Shown piece after piece: positions 46,856 through 60,136 of a stretch of 64,000 nt of DNA. The stretch is from Eledone cirrhosa (Eukaryota): assembly GCA_964016885.1 (NCBI GenBank), contig OZ024765.1:20584001-20648000 (forward strand), read 5' to 3'. The notes under the pieces are model-generated. The model was not told the DNA's origin. It ran no database searches and saw only the letters and a list, made by a program, of their open reading frames with translations. The position numbers were made by a program, and so were the translations under genes. Position 1 is the first letter of the stretch; each line of letters begins with the position of its first letter.

Positions 46856-47189
46856 CTATATATATAGATATATATATATACATATATTCTATATATATAT
46901 GTACTATATCTATATACTATATATACATACTATACATGGGATCTGTTGAATAATGGTTATCACTAATATATTTTATTTTACAGCGAAGTTAATTTTCACC
47001 TGTTGACTTACACTTCTTGTTTTTCAAATTACTCCGGAATAAACAGACCCACCTGTGCACTTCGTTGAGTGCTCTACCATTCATACTGTGGTGTCGGTAA
47101 CCAACCAACATATACTCAAATTTATACATTAATATATACATAGACAAGAGAGTCTGTCATCATATAAAACACTATTTTGTTGTTAATAT

Positions 47190-47707
47190 TTTATTTTTCT
47201 AATTCACGTGGAACCCAAATATTGAGCTTCTTAACGAGTCCAAGATATTTTAAGCGATTTTCAATTGCTGTGTGTGATACATTTAACTTCTCTGCAATCT
47301 CTCGCACAGTTATATGACAATTAGATTCAATTATGGATTTGATTTGGTCATCATCAACTTCACTAGGTCGACCAGAACGTTGGTCATCTTTCAGTGAAAA
47401 ATCTCCAGAACGGAATTTCTTAAACCATTTCTGACATGTTCGCTCTGTTAAACAATTAACACCATAAACTGCACATATCTCTTTGTGAGCCTCAGCAGCT
47501 TTCTTGCCTTTATGGAAATAAAATAGCAAAATATGACGAAAATGTTCGGTTTTGCACTCCATGTTAATATTGACACTGAACAGCTGTAAACAAAATTACT
47601 CACAATTTGGTTCTAAAGTAAGCAAAAAGTAACGGATGTCAAAAATTATAACATTGACAAACGTCATAACTCTATTTATTTGCGAAATTACTTTCTTGCC
47701 AACCCTA
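47190..47707 (-). mobile_element. Mariner transposon 5' half (TIR and HTH domain), mellifera-like
   Basis: ORF 47191-47562 HFRHILLFYF..WFKKFRSGDFSLKD..RSGRP..WVPREL; TIR ta-gggttggcaagaaagtaatttcgc. Confidence 0.9.
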
Positions 47708-47819
47708 TATATATATATATATATACACACACAACAGTAGGCTGATCAAGATACTTTCATGGAATGACCAGATCAGGTTTATTTTTCAACATCCCTGGAA
47801 AGAAACAAAATAACAGTTC

Positions 47820-48164
47820 ATCATCATCATCATCATTTCATTTTACGTCCGCTTTTCCCTGCTTGCAAGAGTGGGACGGGAACTAATTCTGGCTTGATTT
47901 CTACAGCTGGATGCCCTTCCTAACACCAACCTCATTTACAGTGAGTGGTGGGTGCTTTTTTTGCCATGGCACCTCCACAACCACTCTACAGTGGAATGAT
48001 AGGGACCCCAGTCCCTATCATCTCATTTCTACAGCTGAGTAAACTGGAGCAATGTGTAATAAAGTGTCTTGCTCAAGGAAACAACACATCACCCGGTCTG
48101 AGAATTGAACTCACAACCTTTCGATTGCAAGGCCAATGCTCTAACCACTAAGCCATGTGCCTCC
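47820..48164 (-). mobile_element. Full-length SINE family B
   Basis: Reverse complement of 43797-44143. Confidence 0.9.
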
Positions 48165-48404
48165 AGTTATTAATAAAAAGTAAGAGGAGTTGAAATTAAT
48201 GCATGCAAGATCTAGAGAGAGAAAAACTAAACCTCTAGATACATATTGAGTTAGAAAATGGCTGTGTATACGCTGAGAGAGAGCTATGCATATATAAATG
48301 TGTATATATATATGGGTACACAAGATGTAGTGGAAGACTTACTAATGAGTCCGTCTTCTACCTTCATGATGAATTAGCCAAATGAACCAGTATTAAATAG
48401 TAAA

Positions 48405-49073
48405 CCTACATGGTAGTGAGACCTGGGCGCTGAAGGTGGAAGACCTACGTAGATTAGAGAGAAACGAAGCCTGCATGCTCCGATGGATGTGTAACAGTAA
48501 TATACGCGAACGACAAAGCATAAATGAATTGAGAGAGAGACTGAGCATAAGAGGAATCAAAGGCTGTGTGCAGGAGAGACGGTTGCGTTGGTATGGACAT
48601 GTGATGCGTATGAAGGATGACAGCTGCATAAAAAGGTGCAGAGCACTAGAAGTCAGCGGAAGCCGCGGAGTGGGGAGACCCAAGATGACCTGGGATGAGT
48701 TGATAAAAGCCGACTTTACCCAATTACACCTCTCAAAGGCGATGATACACGACCGTGACCTCTGGCGTCACACAGTAATACAGAGTACCCGACCTCCCAT
48801 GGGTACAAGCTGAAGTATATAGACAATATGCCCCCACACCCTCCCACTGCAAGGTGGTCGTGGAGGTGCCATGGCAAAAAAGCATCCAGCACTCACTGTA
48901 AATGAGGTTGGTGTTAGGGAGGGCATCCAGCTGTAGAAATCTAGCCAAAATCAGTTCCTGTATGAGCAAGGCATGGTCAGCCAACCAGACACTGCCCACA
49001 ACAGGACAACCCGTCTAACCCATGCTAGCGTGGAAGAACGGACGTAAAACGGTGATGATGATGATGATGATGA
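48405..49073 (+). mobile_element. Third RTE subfamily 3' end (second copy 54478-54973 -)
   Basis: ORF 48436-48813 RRLRWYGHVMRM..GRPKMTW; (GAT)n tail. Confidence 0.9.
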
Positions 49074-49402
49074 CATCTAGTTTGGTTTGTCATTTAATCA
49101 TGAAAGAGAATCTGAAGTGTACAAGAGAGAAGACTGAGTTGGTACAGATATATGGATGAAGAAATGCCAGGAAAGCACAGTAAAGGTAGACCTGGAAATG
49201 GTGATCTCAAATTGCTGAGGTTCAATGGTATCTAGAGAAGATAATAAAATGTAGCTGTGTTTGTATAGAGAGAAGGTTTGGTTGTATTTCATTGAAAGTA
49301 GCGTGAAAAGTAGGCTTAGTTTGTTAGAAGAGAGAACTATGTACCCATGTGAACATATAGAGGGAAGATGAGTTTTGTTTCTTAGAAAGAAAGGTGTGTG
49401 TG

Positions 49403-50122
49403 TGTGTATATAGAGAGATTGTTTAGTTAGAAGAGGTAGCTTTGTCCCTCTGTGTGTATATAAATGCTGGTACATGTGTATATAGAGAGATTGTTTAGTT
49501 AGAAGAGGTAGCTTTGTCCCTCTGTGTGTATATAAATGTTGGTACATGTGTATATAGAGAGATTGTTTAGTTAGAAGAGGTAGCTTTGTCCCTCCGTGTG
49601 TATATACATGTTGGTACATGTGTATATAGAGAGATTGTTTAGTTAGAAGAGGTAGCTTTGTCCCTCTGTGTGTATATAAATGTTGGTACATGTGTATATA
49701 GAGAGATTTAGTTAGAAGAGGAAGCTTTGTCCCTCCGTGTGTATATACATGTTGGTACATGTGTATATAGAGAGATTGTTTAGTTAGAAGAGGTAGATTT
49801 GTACCTCTGTGTGTATATAAATGTTGGTACATGCGTATAGAGAGAGATTGTTTAGTTAGAAGAGGTAGATTTGTACCTCTGTGTGTATATAAATGTTGGT
49901 ACATGTGTATATAGAGAGATAGTTTAGTTAGAAGAGGTAGATTTGTACCTCTGTGTATATAAATGTTGGTACATGTGTATATAGAGAGATTGTTCATTTA
50001 GAAGAGGTAGATTTGTACCTCTGTGTGTATATAAATGTTGGTACATGTGTATAGAGAGAGATTGTTTATTTAGAAGAGGTAGCTTTGTACCTCTGTGTGT
50101 ATATAAATGTTGGTACATGTGT
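49403..50122. repeat. ~72-bp minisatellite, ~10 copies
   Basis: gtgtatatagagagattgtttagttagaagaggtagctttgtccctctg... repeated. Confidence 0.93.
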
Positions 50123-51293
50123 CTGGAGAGGTAGTCTTAATGTAGAGATTTAGTTGTTGTAAGGAGAAGTATTTTCCTGTCTATAAAGAAGTTATGAGTG
50201 TACGCCTCTAAAACCCTTCCTGTATATTAAAGATAGTAAAATGTATTCTCGTGTCTAAGTAGGAAAGATAGGACCCTGCTTAATATGTAAAGGAGGAGGC
50301 ATGTATAGGATGTAATGGAAAGACTGTGTAGACAGGGATAATAAAAGTGAGAGCTACACCCAGTGTTGACAGGGGTGTAACGGAATATTATGTGTGGTTG
50401 TAACGATAAGTGGATGGATGGATGTAACTGTTGGTATGGTGGTTTCGATATAAAGAAAAATACCAGGATTGTGTTGTTACAAAGTTTATTTTATTATAAC
50501 AATATTCAATTTGAATATTGAATGATAAAATCAATAACACAAAATATTCATACAATAATTTGGTGGCTCTTCAAGCCACGTAAATTCAAGTATCACAGAA
50601 TACGATTATAATATAATTTGTACTGTATCAGAAAGGTACAATATGTGTAAACAGAAATGGTGCGTGTATAAATACTGAACTCACTATGAATGCGTGTGTG
50701 TGTATCAGTATATTTACTTGTTTGTATTGCAGGAGTCAGCGATCAGCCAGGAAGGGGAGAATAAGTGGCAGACTGGTTTTTCGTGACGAGAGCTTGTAAA
50801 TGCGACTTGTCTTGTCTGTATATCACTTCTTTTCTGTCGGGGCGTAAACAACCCCTGTATTTATAAGAGTTGAAGTTAGAAGGATACATATATCCTCTGA
50901 ACTTTGGTTAGTCTCCCAAGGGATTAGTTTGCCAAGCGTAAACAAGTCAGAGAGATGGATATATCCTCTGACCTATTTTCTGTCAGGCGTAAACACCTCT
51001 GACCTGTGTTTAGCCTCTCCCAAGGGGTTAGTCTCTTGAGCGTAAACAACTTACCACTGCTTGTCCCAGAGGCGGGAAAGCTCAGAAAAGTTTCGAATCT
51101 TCGCCGCCGTTATAGGGGTTTCTTTACCTACAAAAGGACACCCGTGTCCGATGGTAGAAGAGAAATGAAGCTAGCATACTTCGTTGGGTGTAAATATGAA
51201 AGATATAGAGAAGATCATAAAATGTATATAGTGTGTATATAGAGGGGTTTAGTTTCTTAGAAGAGGTCTGTATATATATAGTGTGTGTATGTG

Positions 51294-51399
<106 letters not shown>

Positions 51400-52291
51400 A
51401 GCGTTTCGTTTTATTTCTTAGAAGGAAAAAACATTTGTGGAACTAACGAAGGTTTACTTATATATATGTAGATAGGTGTATATGTCTAGTAAGGAATGTA
51501 TGTATATAGATAGCTGTATATGTCTAGTATGAATGTATGTAGATAAATGTAGCTTTATGTGTATATATAAGGATAGTATAGAGAAATATCTCTAAAAAGG
51601 ACAGTAAAATGTATTTTCGTGTCTCAAGAATATCTGCGAGTGTTTAGTAAATAAAACATTACATACCTCTTTCCACAAACATAATACCCAGAATGATTAC
51701 AGCAAGGTACCCGCTGTAAACCGAACGATGTAACCCGTTCAATTCAATGGTGAAAAGTGACAAGAAAACAGAAGAGTTCCATTCAAAGGGAGGTAATTCA
51801 CATAAAGGGAGATAACTCTAATCAAACTTTTTTTAATAACACTCAATTCAATGGGGGGCGCAGGCCAGCATAAAGCCAGCCTGCAAATAATCGCGGCTTC
51901 CCTCGCAACGATTCGATCTCCAGACACATAGAATGGTCCTTCCATACATAAGTACGACAACGAAGCTGGAAACGTTACGTGCAACGCCACGCAATTCTAC
52001 TGAGTAAATTAGTCATACTTGTAGCTAGAATTTTGTCTATTTTTTCTTTAAATATAGAAACGGAATGAAGACGAGATAACTGAGGGTGTGGACAAATATA
52101 TATTTCGTATGGTGAGAGTTAAGAGCTCTACCAAATCATTATAAATGCACACATGTATATCATGACTCATACACTGTTCACTTTCCTGACATTTGTACAT
52201 TATTCTATGTACTATACATGCACCTTTGATGAGTTGTAGTGCACCTGAGCACTGTACACAATAATTTCATTATTATTATCATTATTAAATG

Positions 52292-52483
52292 GGCGGTGGA
52301 TTGGCAGTATCGGTAGAGGGTCGGACGCCATGCTTTCCAGCATAGTTACGTCCCTTTACGATCTGAGTTCAAATCCCGCCGAGGCTGACTTTGCCTTTCA
52401 TCCTCCTTACGGGGTCGATAAAATAAAGTACCAGTAATGCACTGGGTATTTGCTGGCCTTGTGCCTAAAGTAGAAACAATTAT
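52292..52483 (+). mobile_element. SINE family A
   Basis: Best-preserved copy in the window. Confidence 0.85.
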
Positions 52484-52677
52484 CATTATTAAATATTATA
52501 CTTCGTCTCCGAAATATATTCAGAAAGAAATGTCTTTTCCCGACGGTATTACCTCACTTTCATTCTGTTTCTATATATTTTTTAAACAAAATAAATAAAA
52601 TTCTACCTATAAGTATGACTAATTTACTCAGCAGAATTGTGATCTATGTGAATGGTTATATTATTAAACTATTGATT

Positions 52678-52866
52678 ATAATTGTTTCTACTTTTGGCAC
52701 AAGGCCAGCAATTACCCAGTACATTACTGGTACTTTATTTTATCGACCCCGTAAGGATGAAAGGCAAAGTCAACCTCGGCGGGATTTGAACTCAGATCGT
52801 AAAGGGACGTAACTATGCTGGAAAGCATGGCGTCCGACCCTCTACCGATACTGCCAATCCACCGCC
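52678..52866 (-). mobile_element. SINE family A (inverted relative to 52292)
   Basis: Reverse complement of the 52292 copy. Confidence 0.85.
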
Positions 52867-53689
52867 CTTTTACTATTGATTATAATAAAACCACAACAGA
52901 CTCAGAAAACTGGTCAGGGGTTATAGTCTTTAGCATTTTAACGGAAATATAGAAGCAAAAGCAGTAGTATATAGAGAAATACATCCTGCTCCTATTTCTA
53001 GTGGAACGTCCACTTTCTGTTGATATCTCTTGCCTAGGGTTTGACGTGGTCGTCATGTTTGCACCATGTGTTTTCAACATGGTGTGGCATGTCAAACTTC
53101 TCTCAAGATAGCTGCAGATTTTTAAAATTTAAATTAAGTCTACCTTTCGGACAAGTCATCTCCCTATCTGATATATATATATTGCAAACTTGACTGTCAC
53201 CACTGAATATGAACCTGAAGATTGCGAAAGCATGAAAGTACTTGTTCAATTAACACTTGACATTTAATATTCTACCATACTATTTCATTCTAATATCATT
53301 ATACATTTTAAAGGATTGTAAATAAAACAAATCAGACAAAGTTGGAATTCCTTTTATTAATATAATCTTCTATACACAATCATACACACCCGTGTATATT
53401 TATTTATATATATATATCTATATATATATATATATATAAACAATGAGTTATATGGTTTGTTGATTAACTTTCAACAAAGTTAATTTTGTAACAGGTTTGA
53501 AGCACTCTACAAGTTTATCTGGAGTATTATTAATATTAATAAGTGGAAAATATCTTTATATGGTATATCAAAATATGGTATAAAGATATTTTCCATTTAT
53601 TAATATATATGTATATATAACCTATGCTAGCGGGGAAGATAGACGTTAAACGATGATGATGATATACATATATATATGGTGGCTGCCAA

Positions 53690-53860
53690 CTCGTTTTCGA
53701 GTACGGCCACTACTTTATATCCATGTAGGAGAACCCCTACCGATGCGCTGAACGAGTGTGACTTTTTAATCCAGCCAGCGACTTGAAAACTCTGGTACAA
53801 ACACTACACTTGTGACAATTATTGACACATAGTGCTGGGCCCATGGTACCATGTGACGAC
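53690..53860 (-). mobile_element. Possible LINE C-terminus with a single C2H2 finger
   Basis: CSVCTRVFKSLAGLKSHTRSAH followed by a stop; resembles RTE/BovB-type C-termini. Confidence 0.45.
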
Positions 53861-54971
53861 AAGTGCAGAGAGAGATCTCCAGATATAAAGCAATGCCTGT
53901 GCCGTGAAGCTTTTATAGTGAGCAAAGGCACTGCACAAAGCCAGTCCCACTCTCTTAATCAAGATAATATTTACCAAAAAGAAGAACAAGTCAACATCAT
54001 TGGATACCATCAGGGTTGCAGGTGTTATATCAGAGTTTTCCTTCTCCTAGAATTCTGCCTTGACAAAGGCTAAGGGGTCATCTCTCCTGGTGATTTTGGA
54101 TGGCCATTGACTCTTAAGAGCTCCTTTGCCCTTTGACAGGTTTTATTTTTAGTCCTGCAGGATGTCCAAAGTCACCTTACTCACCAAGAAACATATACAT
54201 ACATGTTAATGCAAACTCTGCTCAGACTATTGCAATCGCTTGTCAGATTACAGAAATGACGTATTATCTTTGCTTTTTTCCGTTCATTGCCAGGGAACGT
54301 CTTCACGAACCAAAGTATTGTCTTCCCTTCCTGTTTTCCTTCAGTTGCAACGTTTTTCGAAATATTTACTTCTGCGTTCACAGATTGATATTTTTAGTTT
54401 CAGAAGATCCCGTTAAGGGTGAAAGCAGCGATTCTTTGCTTAAACTTTAATCTGTTATTTTAATATATATATATATATCATCATCATCATCACCGTTTTA
54501 CGTCCTTTCTTCCATGCTAGCATGGGTTAGACGGCTTGTCCTGTTGTGGGCAGTGTCTGGTCGGCTGACCATGCCTTGCTCATACAGGAACTGATTTGGC
54601 TTGATTTCTACAGCTGGATGCCCTTCCTAACACCAACCTCATTTACAGTGAGTGCTGGGTGCTTTTCCGTGGCGCCTACACGTCCACTTTACAGTGTGGG
54701 CTGGGTGCTTTTTTGCCGTGGCACCTCCACGACCACCTTGCAGTGGGAGGGTGTGGGGGCATATTGTCTATATGCTTCAGCTTGTACCTATGGGAGGTCG
54801 GGTACTCTGTATTACTGCGTGACGCCAGAGGTCACGGTCGTGTGTCATCGCCTTTGAGAGGTGTAATTGGGTAAGGTCGGCTTTTATCACCTCATCCCAG
54901 GTCTTCTTGGGTCTCCCCACTCCGTGATTTCCATCGACTTCTAGTGCTCTGCACCTTTTTATGCAGCTGTC

Positions 54972-56248
54972 ATGGAAAGTGGGTGATTTGAGTTATAATT
55001 AATATAGGTAAGGTTCTCATTTATCTTGTGGGAGGGTCATATCAGTCCGGTATTTAAATTAAGAGTTACGTCTAGAAAATTTACCACTTTAAGATTGTAT
55101 TCGTACATTATCTTTAGACCCAGTTCACTAAAAGATTTTCTAATGTTTTTCCGTAGCCTTTCAAGATTCTGGTTATTTAAGTTATTAACTAATAAAAGCA
55201 CGTCATCTCTGTATATTCCCCCCTGTAGATTACTAAATTTACTATGTAGTATGTGGGCTATGTAAATTCCCACAAGATCAGTGACCTCCGCTGAGTCGTT
55301 GGAGCCCATGGTAATGTCGGAGTTTGTGGGTCTGTCCTTACGTTCCCAGTAACAGTTATCAAACTTGATAATAGTTTTTCTAGCCTCTAGAATAATATTA
55401 ATTTCGTCCTCCGTTAGGTCGGAATTGACTTTAGCAAACGATAGGGCCTTACGTAAGGTGCCGGGTGAGATTGAAGAGTAGTATTCGTCTATGTCAAATT
55501 GTATAAACTTAGATTTATTCTTGTTCTTAACGTTATTAAACCAGCGAATTGCTTCGCTAGTGTTGCCCCATAATTTAATTTCAATTTTCTTTTTCAATTG
55601 AGTTATTACTCTGTCAAGTATATGTTTGCTAATTTTTCCTATGTCTGATTTAGAAGGGCATATAAGTCTAATCTTAGGGTTAGAGTCAAAATTTACCTTA
55701 TGGTCCTTCAGGTTAAAGGTGGGGGTTGCGGGTATAATCGGCTTGGTTCTATCGTCTATCTTGAGATTCTTCACTACTTTGTATGCTTCGTTGTTAATGT
55801 TCGTTAGCGTAGTTTCACTCATTTTTCTATATTTCTTATGTAGTTCTTTGCGTATGAAGCTGTTGTATGTATCGATATCCATGGTATAAACGTTAGAGTT
55901 CTCATCAGCTTTCGCAACAATCCCACTGGTATTTTGCAGTCTTCGCAGTAGTGCCTTCATGTTGTTCGGCAGCTCATTACTTCTATGTTTGGTCAACTTG
56001 ATATTCATCAAGTCTTGTTCAAATGCATCAAGATGGGGGTTTGTGGGTGGGTTTTTACATGATTTAAAGCCATATGATTCATTGATTGAATCAGACGGGT
56101 GACTAGCGTGTCCATTATTGAAATGGAAAGCCTTCCATCGTACACGCCGAATGAAGTCGTTATTGCGTTGTATCATACCAAGAATATATTCCCTTTTGTT
56201 AGATATAGGTATGTTCTTAAGTGACATACTTATATGATGCCTTTCCAT
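54972..56248 (-). mobile_element. Penelope-like reverse transcriptase (Naiad-like), 3' truncated
   Basis: SLKNIP, YGFKS, LKDHK..RLICP, FIQFDI.EYYSSI, ITMGSNDSAEVTDLVG, IYRDD, NFLDV; frame continues past TGA to YINYNSNHP. Confidence 0.85.
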
Positions 56249-56477
56249 ATTACTGCCGTATGTCGGTGTGGTTGCTCAACTGTGCAGGAGGCGATCATTA
56301 GGTTATGCAAGAAATGCTTAGGATTATCCTGGATGCAGTAATGGTTAATTACTACACTAGATAGAGTTGACGTACGGTGAGGGGTTACTCAATGAGTTAT
56401 GGAAGAATAGTTGAAGAAACTCAGTTTCTGATCCTTCTGTATTCCGGAGTGTAGATAAAGGGTTTTTATAACCATTC

Positions 56478-56590
56478 TGCTCTGAGGAAACAGTAGAAGC
56501 AGCATTTGAAAATTGAGTTTCTGCAAATAATTACCAATTTGCACATAGCATGACTAGGCTGTATAACTACTGTTGAAACATTTGTAAGCA
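56478..56590 (+). ncRNA. Type I hammerhead with branched stem II, upstream of and antisense to the PLE RT
   Basis: tgct-CTGAGGA-aacagtag[70 nt]ctactgtt-GAAA-cattt g-TA-agca. Confidence 0.82.
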
Positions 56591-56948
56591 CTCGGAATAA
56601 ATTACCTTTTTATGATGTCTACCTGTTATTATTCATTCATTATATATATATATAAAGCTATTAGAAGTGCAATTGGATTGTGTTAACAGTCAGTATGCCA
56701 AGGTGAGCACTTGATGCTATTGGGGAGCAGAGTATCAATAATAATAATTGGGGAAGAAAGAATCAGTGGTGCATCATATACATATTTAATCACATATTAT
56801 ATATGTTTCACTGTTGATCAGCTCGAGGTACGATTGATTAATGTCCGTTCCTGACTTTGGAATCGAAAGCTTCTCAGATATGTGTTTCCACATGTATATA
56901 ATGTATGTGTAAAAAATGAATGTATGATGATGATGATGATGATGATGG

Positions 56949-57953
56949 TCATTTTGGCATGGTTTCTCTCCTGTGTGACTGTTTGTGAGATAATAAGTTA
57001 CCTCTTTGAGAGAATGATTTACCACAAATATCACAGTGGTATGGTTTCTCTCCTGTATGAATACGTTTGTGATTGGACAAGTAAGCATTTCGAGAGAATG
57101 TTTTACCACAGACATCACAGTAATATGGCTTCTCTCCTGTATGAATGCGTTTGTGGCTTAATAAATTACTATTTTGAGAGAATGTTGAACCACAGGTGTC
57201 ACAGTTGTATGGTTTTTCTCCTGTATGGACACGCTGGTGTCGAGCCAACGATAAACTTGAACAAAATTTACTATCACAGATATCACAACAATATGGCTTT
57301 TCTCCAGTGTGAGTCCGTCTGTGTTTTGACACGGAACTTCTCACAGAGAATGTCTTACCACAGATATCACAGTGATAGGGTTTCTCTCCAGTGTGGGTAC
57401 GAATATGCTTAGATAAATACTCATTTGCAGAGAAAGTTTTGCCACAGACATCGCAACAGTACGGCTTCTCACCTGTATGTATTCGTTTGTGCTTGGATAG
57501 CGAAGAACTATCAGCGAAGCTCTTAAAGCAGGTTTCACAATGATATGGTTTCTCCCCTGTATGTATACGTTTGTGTTTAATTAAATGACCACTAATATAG
57601 AAGGTTTTAGAACAAACATCACAGCGATATGGCCTCTCGCCGGTGTGAATACGTACATGGATTAACAACTGACTGTTCTGAGAAAAGGTTTTACCACAAG
57701 AATCGCAGTGGTACGGCTTCAGTCCAGAGTGAATACGTTTGTGGTTGGATAAACACTGATTCGTAGAGAACTTTCTGTCACATATTTCACATTCGTAAAA
57801 CAAGAGATCTGAATGGTGTTGAGATTTATGTCTGGTTAAGAACCTCTTCAATTGAAAAGTCTTGTTGCAGACATCACATGGGTAAGACATCTTCCCTGAC
57901 ACGTCTTTACCAGATTCTATTTCATCTGCATCATCTACAAAACTTTCGTCCAT
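56949..57953 (-). CDS. C2H2 zinc-finger protein, 11 tandem fingers
   Basis: Repeated CxxC-x12-HxxxH with TGEKPY linkers; acceptor tttttag about 25 nt upstream of the ATG. Confidence 0.93.
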   Translation of the reverse strand: MDESFVDDADEIESGKDVSGKMSYPCDVCNKTFQLKRFLTRHKSQHHSDLLFYECEICDRKFSTNQCLSNHKRIHSGLKPYHCDSCGKTFSQNSQLLIHVRIHTGERPYRCDVCSKTFYISGHLIKHKRIHTGEKPYHCETCFKSFADSSSLSKHKRIHTGEKPYCCDVCGKTFSANEYLSKHIRTHTGEKPYHCDICGKTFSVRSSVSKHRRTHTGEKPYCCDICDSKFCSSLSLARHQRVHTGEKPYNCDTCGSTFSQNSNLLSHKRIHTGEKPYYCDVCGKTFSRNAYLSNHKRIHTGEKPYHCDICGKSFSQRGNLLSHKQSHRRETMPK

Positions 57954-58103
57954 TTTCTTCTCATGAGTCTGGAATCTTCTAAAAAATAAACATAAATAAA
58001 AAACCGATAAGCTTTCAAAAAGCTAGTAGAAAGTGGTAGAAAAATATATATGTATCATCATCATCGTTTAACGTCTATCTTCCACACTGGCCGATATGAT
58101 ATG

Positions 58104-58142
<39 letters not shown>

Positions 58143-58237
58143 CTATGTATGTATGTGTATATATATATATATATATATATCTATGTATGGCCTCAGCCGG
58201 ATGGCTGAAAGTAAAAGAGTAATATATATATATATAT

Positions 58238-58417
58238 ACGATATTAACAAATGGAAACTATATTTATAAAACCATATTTATTTCATTATATATATTTCAA
58301 GGACACCAAGTTAAATTATGGTGTGCTTTCATCAGATAAAATATAATATAGAGCAGTTTTATAAATAAACATTGACATACCCTTATAAAGAATGCAACCA
58401 TTTCTGTTGGAAGCTCC

Positions 58418-58458
<41 letters not shown>

Positions 58459-58556
58459 GATGTCCCCCAAAAATGTATACACACTTTGATTACCTGTACA
58501 GGCAATATTTATTAGAATGTTGTCAAAGTGTGTATACATTTTCTGGGGAAACCTTG
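58238..58556. mobile_element. Composite element with a single Tc1-like MITE
   Basis: 58238-58418 matches 6935-7117; MITE at 58457-58556. Confidence 0.75.
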
Positions 58557-58819
58557 TATATATGACTGTGTTAGTGACAATTAACTCACACACATAGATA
58601 TATATACACACACTCACACACACGCATATACACAAACACATATATATTCACACACATATATACATATATACACACACACGCATATACACAAACACATATA
58701 TATATTCACAGATATACACACACACGCGCATACACAAACACATATATATTCACACACAGATATACATATATACACACACACCCACGCATATATACACACA
58801 CATATATATATATATATAT

Positions 58820-59007
58820 ATAGGAACGAGTAGGACCCCGACGGCTGAGCTCAAGCCGTTTCGACGGCTAATTCTGGACTGAATTAGTCCAGAATGAGCT
58901 CAGCCGTCGGGGTCCTACTCGTTCCTATTACCCACTCTACTACCCTAAGTATTGAGTACTTTGGTGCGTTATGGTCCACCTGGTTCCTTACCACATTTCC
59001 TTTGTTA
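58820..59007 (+). mobile_element. Short fold-back element carrying an HHR 3' half (family also at ~5595-5735, 10135-10285, 29600-29680, 60205-60340)
   Basis: GAAA-cggct..agccg-TC-ggggtcc; 5' inversion in this copy. Confidence 0.6.
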
Positions 59008-59949
59008 TATATATATATATATACATATATACACACAGATATATATATACACACACACCTATATATATATATATATACATAGAAGAGCTTCTACAGGACC
59101 AGAACTGCTTCATTCGTGAGAAATCATCAGGAATATATATATATATATATATATTTTATAGAAGGAGCTTCTACAGGACTAGTACTGTTTCATTCAGATG
59201 AAATCTTCAGAAAGCTGGGTGTCATATTAAGTTCTGGTATTTATACATTTAGGTAGTGGTAAGGGAGGGGTGGTGGAGCGGGGGGGGGGACCACTTCATG
59301 GCACAGGCTGTTTTTTCTTTGGGGAGTGGTCAATTAGCCAGAGTGCTTTTTTGAAATAAATAAATGAGTAAATAAATAAATAAATGAACAAATAGATAAA
59401 AGAATAGATAGATAAAATAAATAAAAGGATAAATAAAAATAAAAATAAAAATAAAAATAAAAATAAAAATAAATAAATAAATAAAGCCCCATGAATTATA
59501 TTCAACAGATATAATTTTTTTCTTTCCATCCTACAAAAACAATCTGGCCACCTGTGGCTTGTATGTTAACTTGACCACTCACCCCAGTCTGTGCCATGAT
59601 TCGGTCTTGTTAAATGTTTAATTTCTATTACCAACCCACCTAAATTTCCCCTACTATATATCTGTTGAATTACTACTCATGGGGCTTTATTTATTTATTT
59701 ATTTATTTTTATTTTTATTTATCCTTTTATTTATTTTATCTATCTATTCTTTTATCTATTTGTTCATTTATTTATTTATTTACTCATTTATTTATTTCAA
59801 AAAAGCACTCTGGCTAATTGACCACTCCCCAAGGAAAAAAACAGCCTGTGCCATGAAGTGGTCCCGTGTATCTCCCCCCCCCCCCCCTCCATCACCCCTC
59901 CCTTACCCACTACCTAAATGTATAAATACCAGAACTTAATATGACACCC

Positions 59950-60000
59950 AGCTTCCTGAAGATTTCATCTGAATGAAACAGTACTAGTCCTGTAGAAGCT
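59950..60000 (+). ncRNA. Type I hammerhead (mirror 59166-59216 -; degenerate copies 59086-59133 -, 62858-62907 +)
   Basis: agcttc-CTGAAGA-tttc atct gaat-GAAA-cag tactagtc ctg-TA-gaagct; in inverted repeat 59156-60010. Confidence 0.82.
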
Positions 60001-60097
60001 CCTTCTATAAAATAAAAAAAATAAAAAAAAATTTTACTCTGCCATGTATTGAGTACCTTACTTACTGTGGTTATCCCCGACTCAACCCGGGACCTAC

Positions 60098-60136
<39 letters not shown>

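Noticed and set aside
49098-49997. 299-aa ORF with 24-aa repeats
   Set aside because: Consequence of a 72-bp minisatellite; no domain signal, and the frame breaks in adjacent units
50350-51170. Possible LTR fragment with repeated gcgtaaaca motifs
   Set aside because: No paired LTR, clear TG..CA ends, confirmed primer-binding site or gag/pol ORF
51640-52000. CpG-richer segment with a minus-strand donor-like gag|gtatgt, possible first exon or promoter
   Set aside because: No linked coding exon identifiable; a single motif is insufficient
55037-55039. In-frame TGA in the PLE RT as selenocysteine
   Set aside because: The position corresponds to a usual Arg (xRP motif), so CGA>TGA decay is simpler; no SECIS seen
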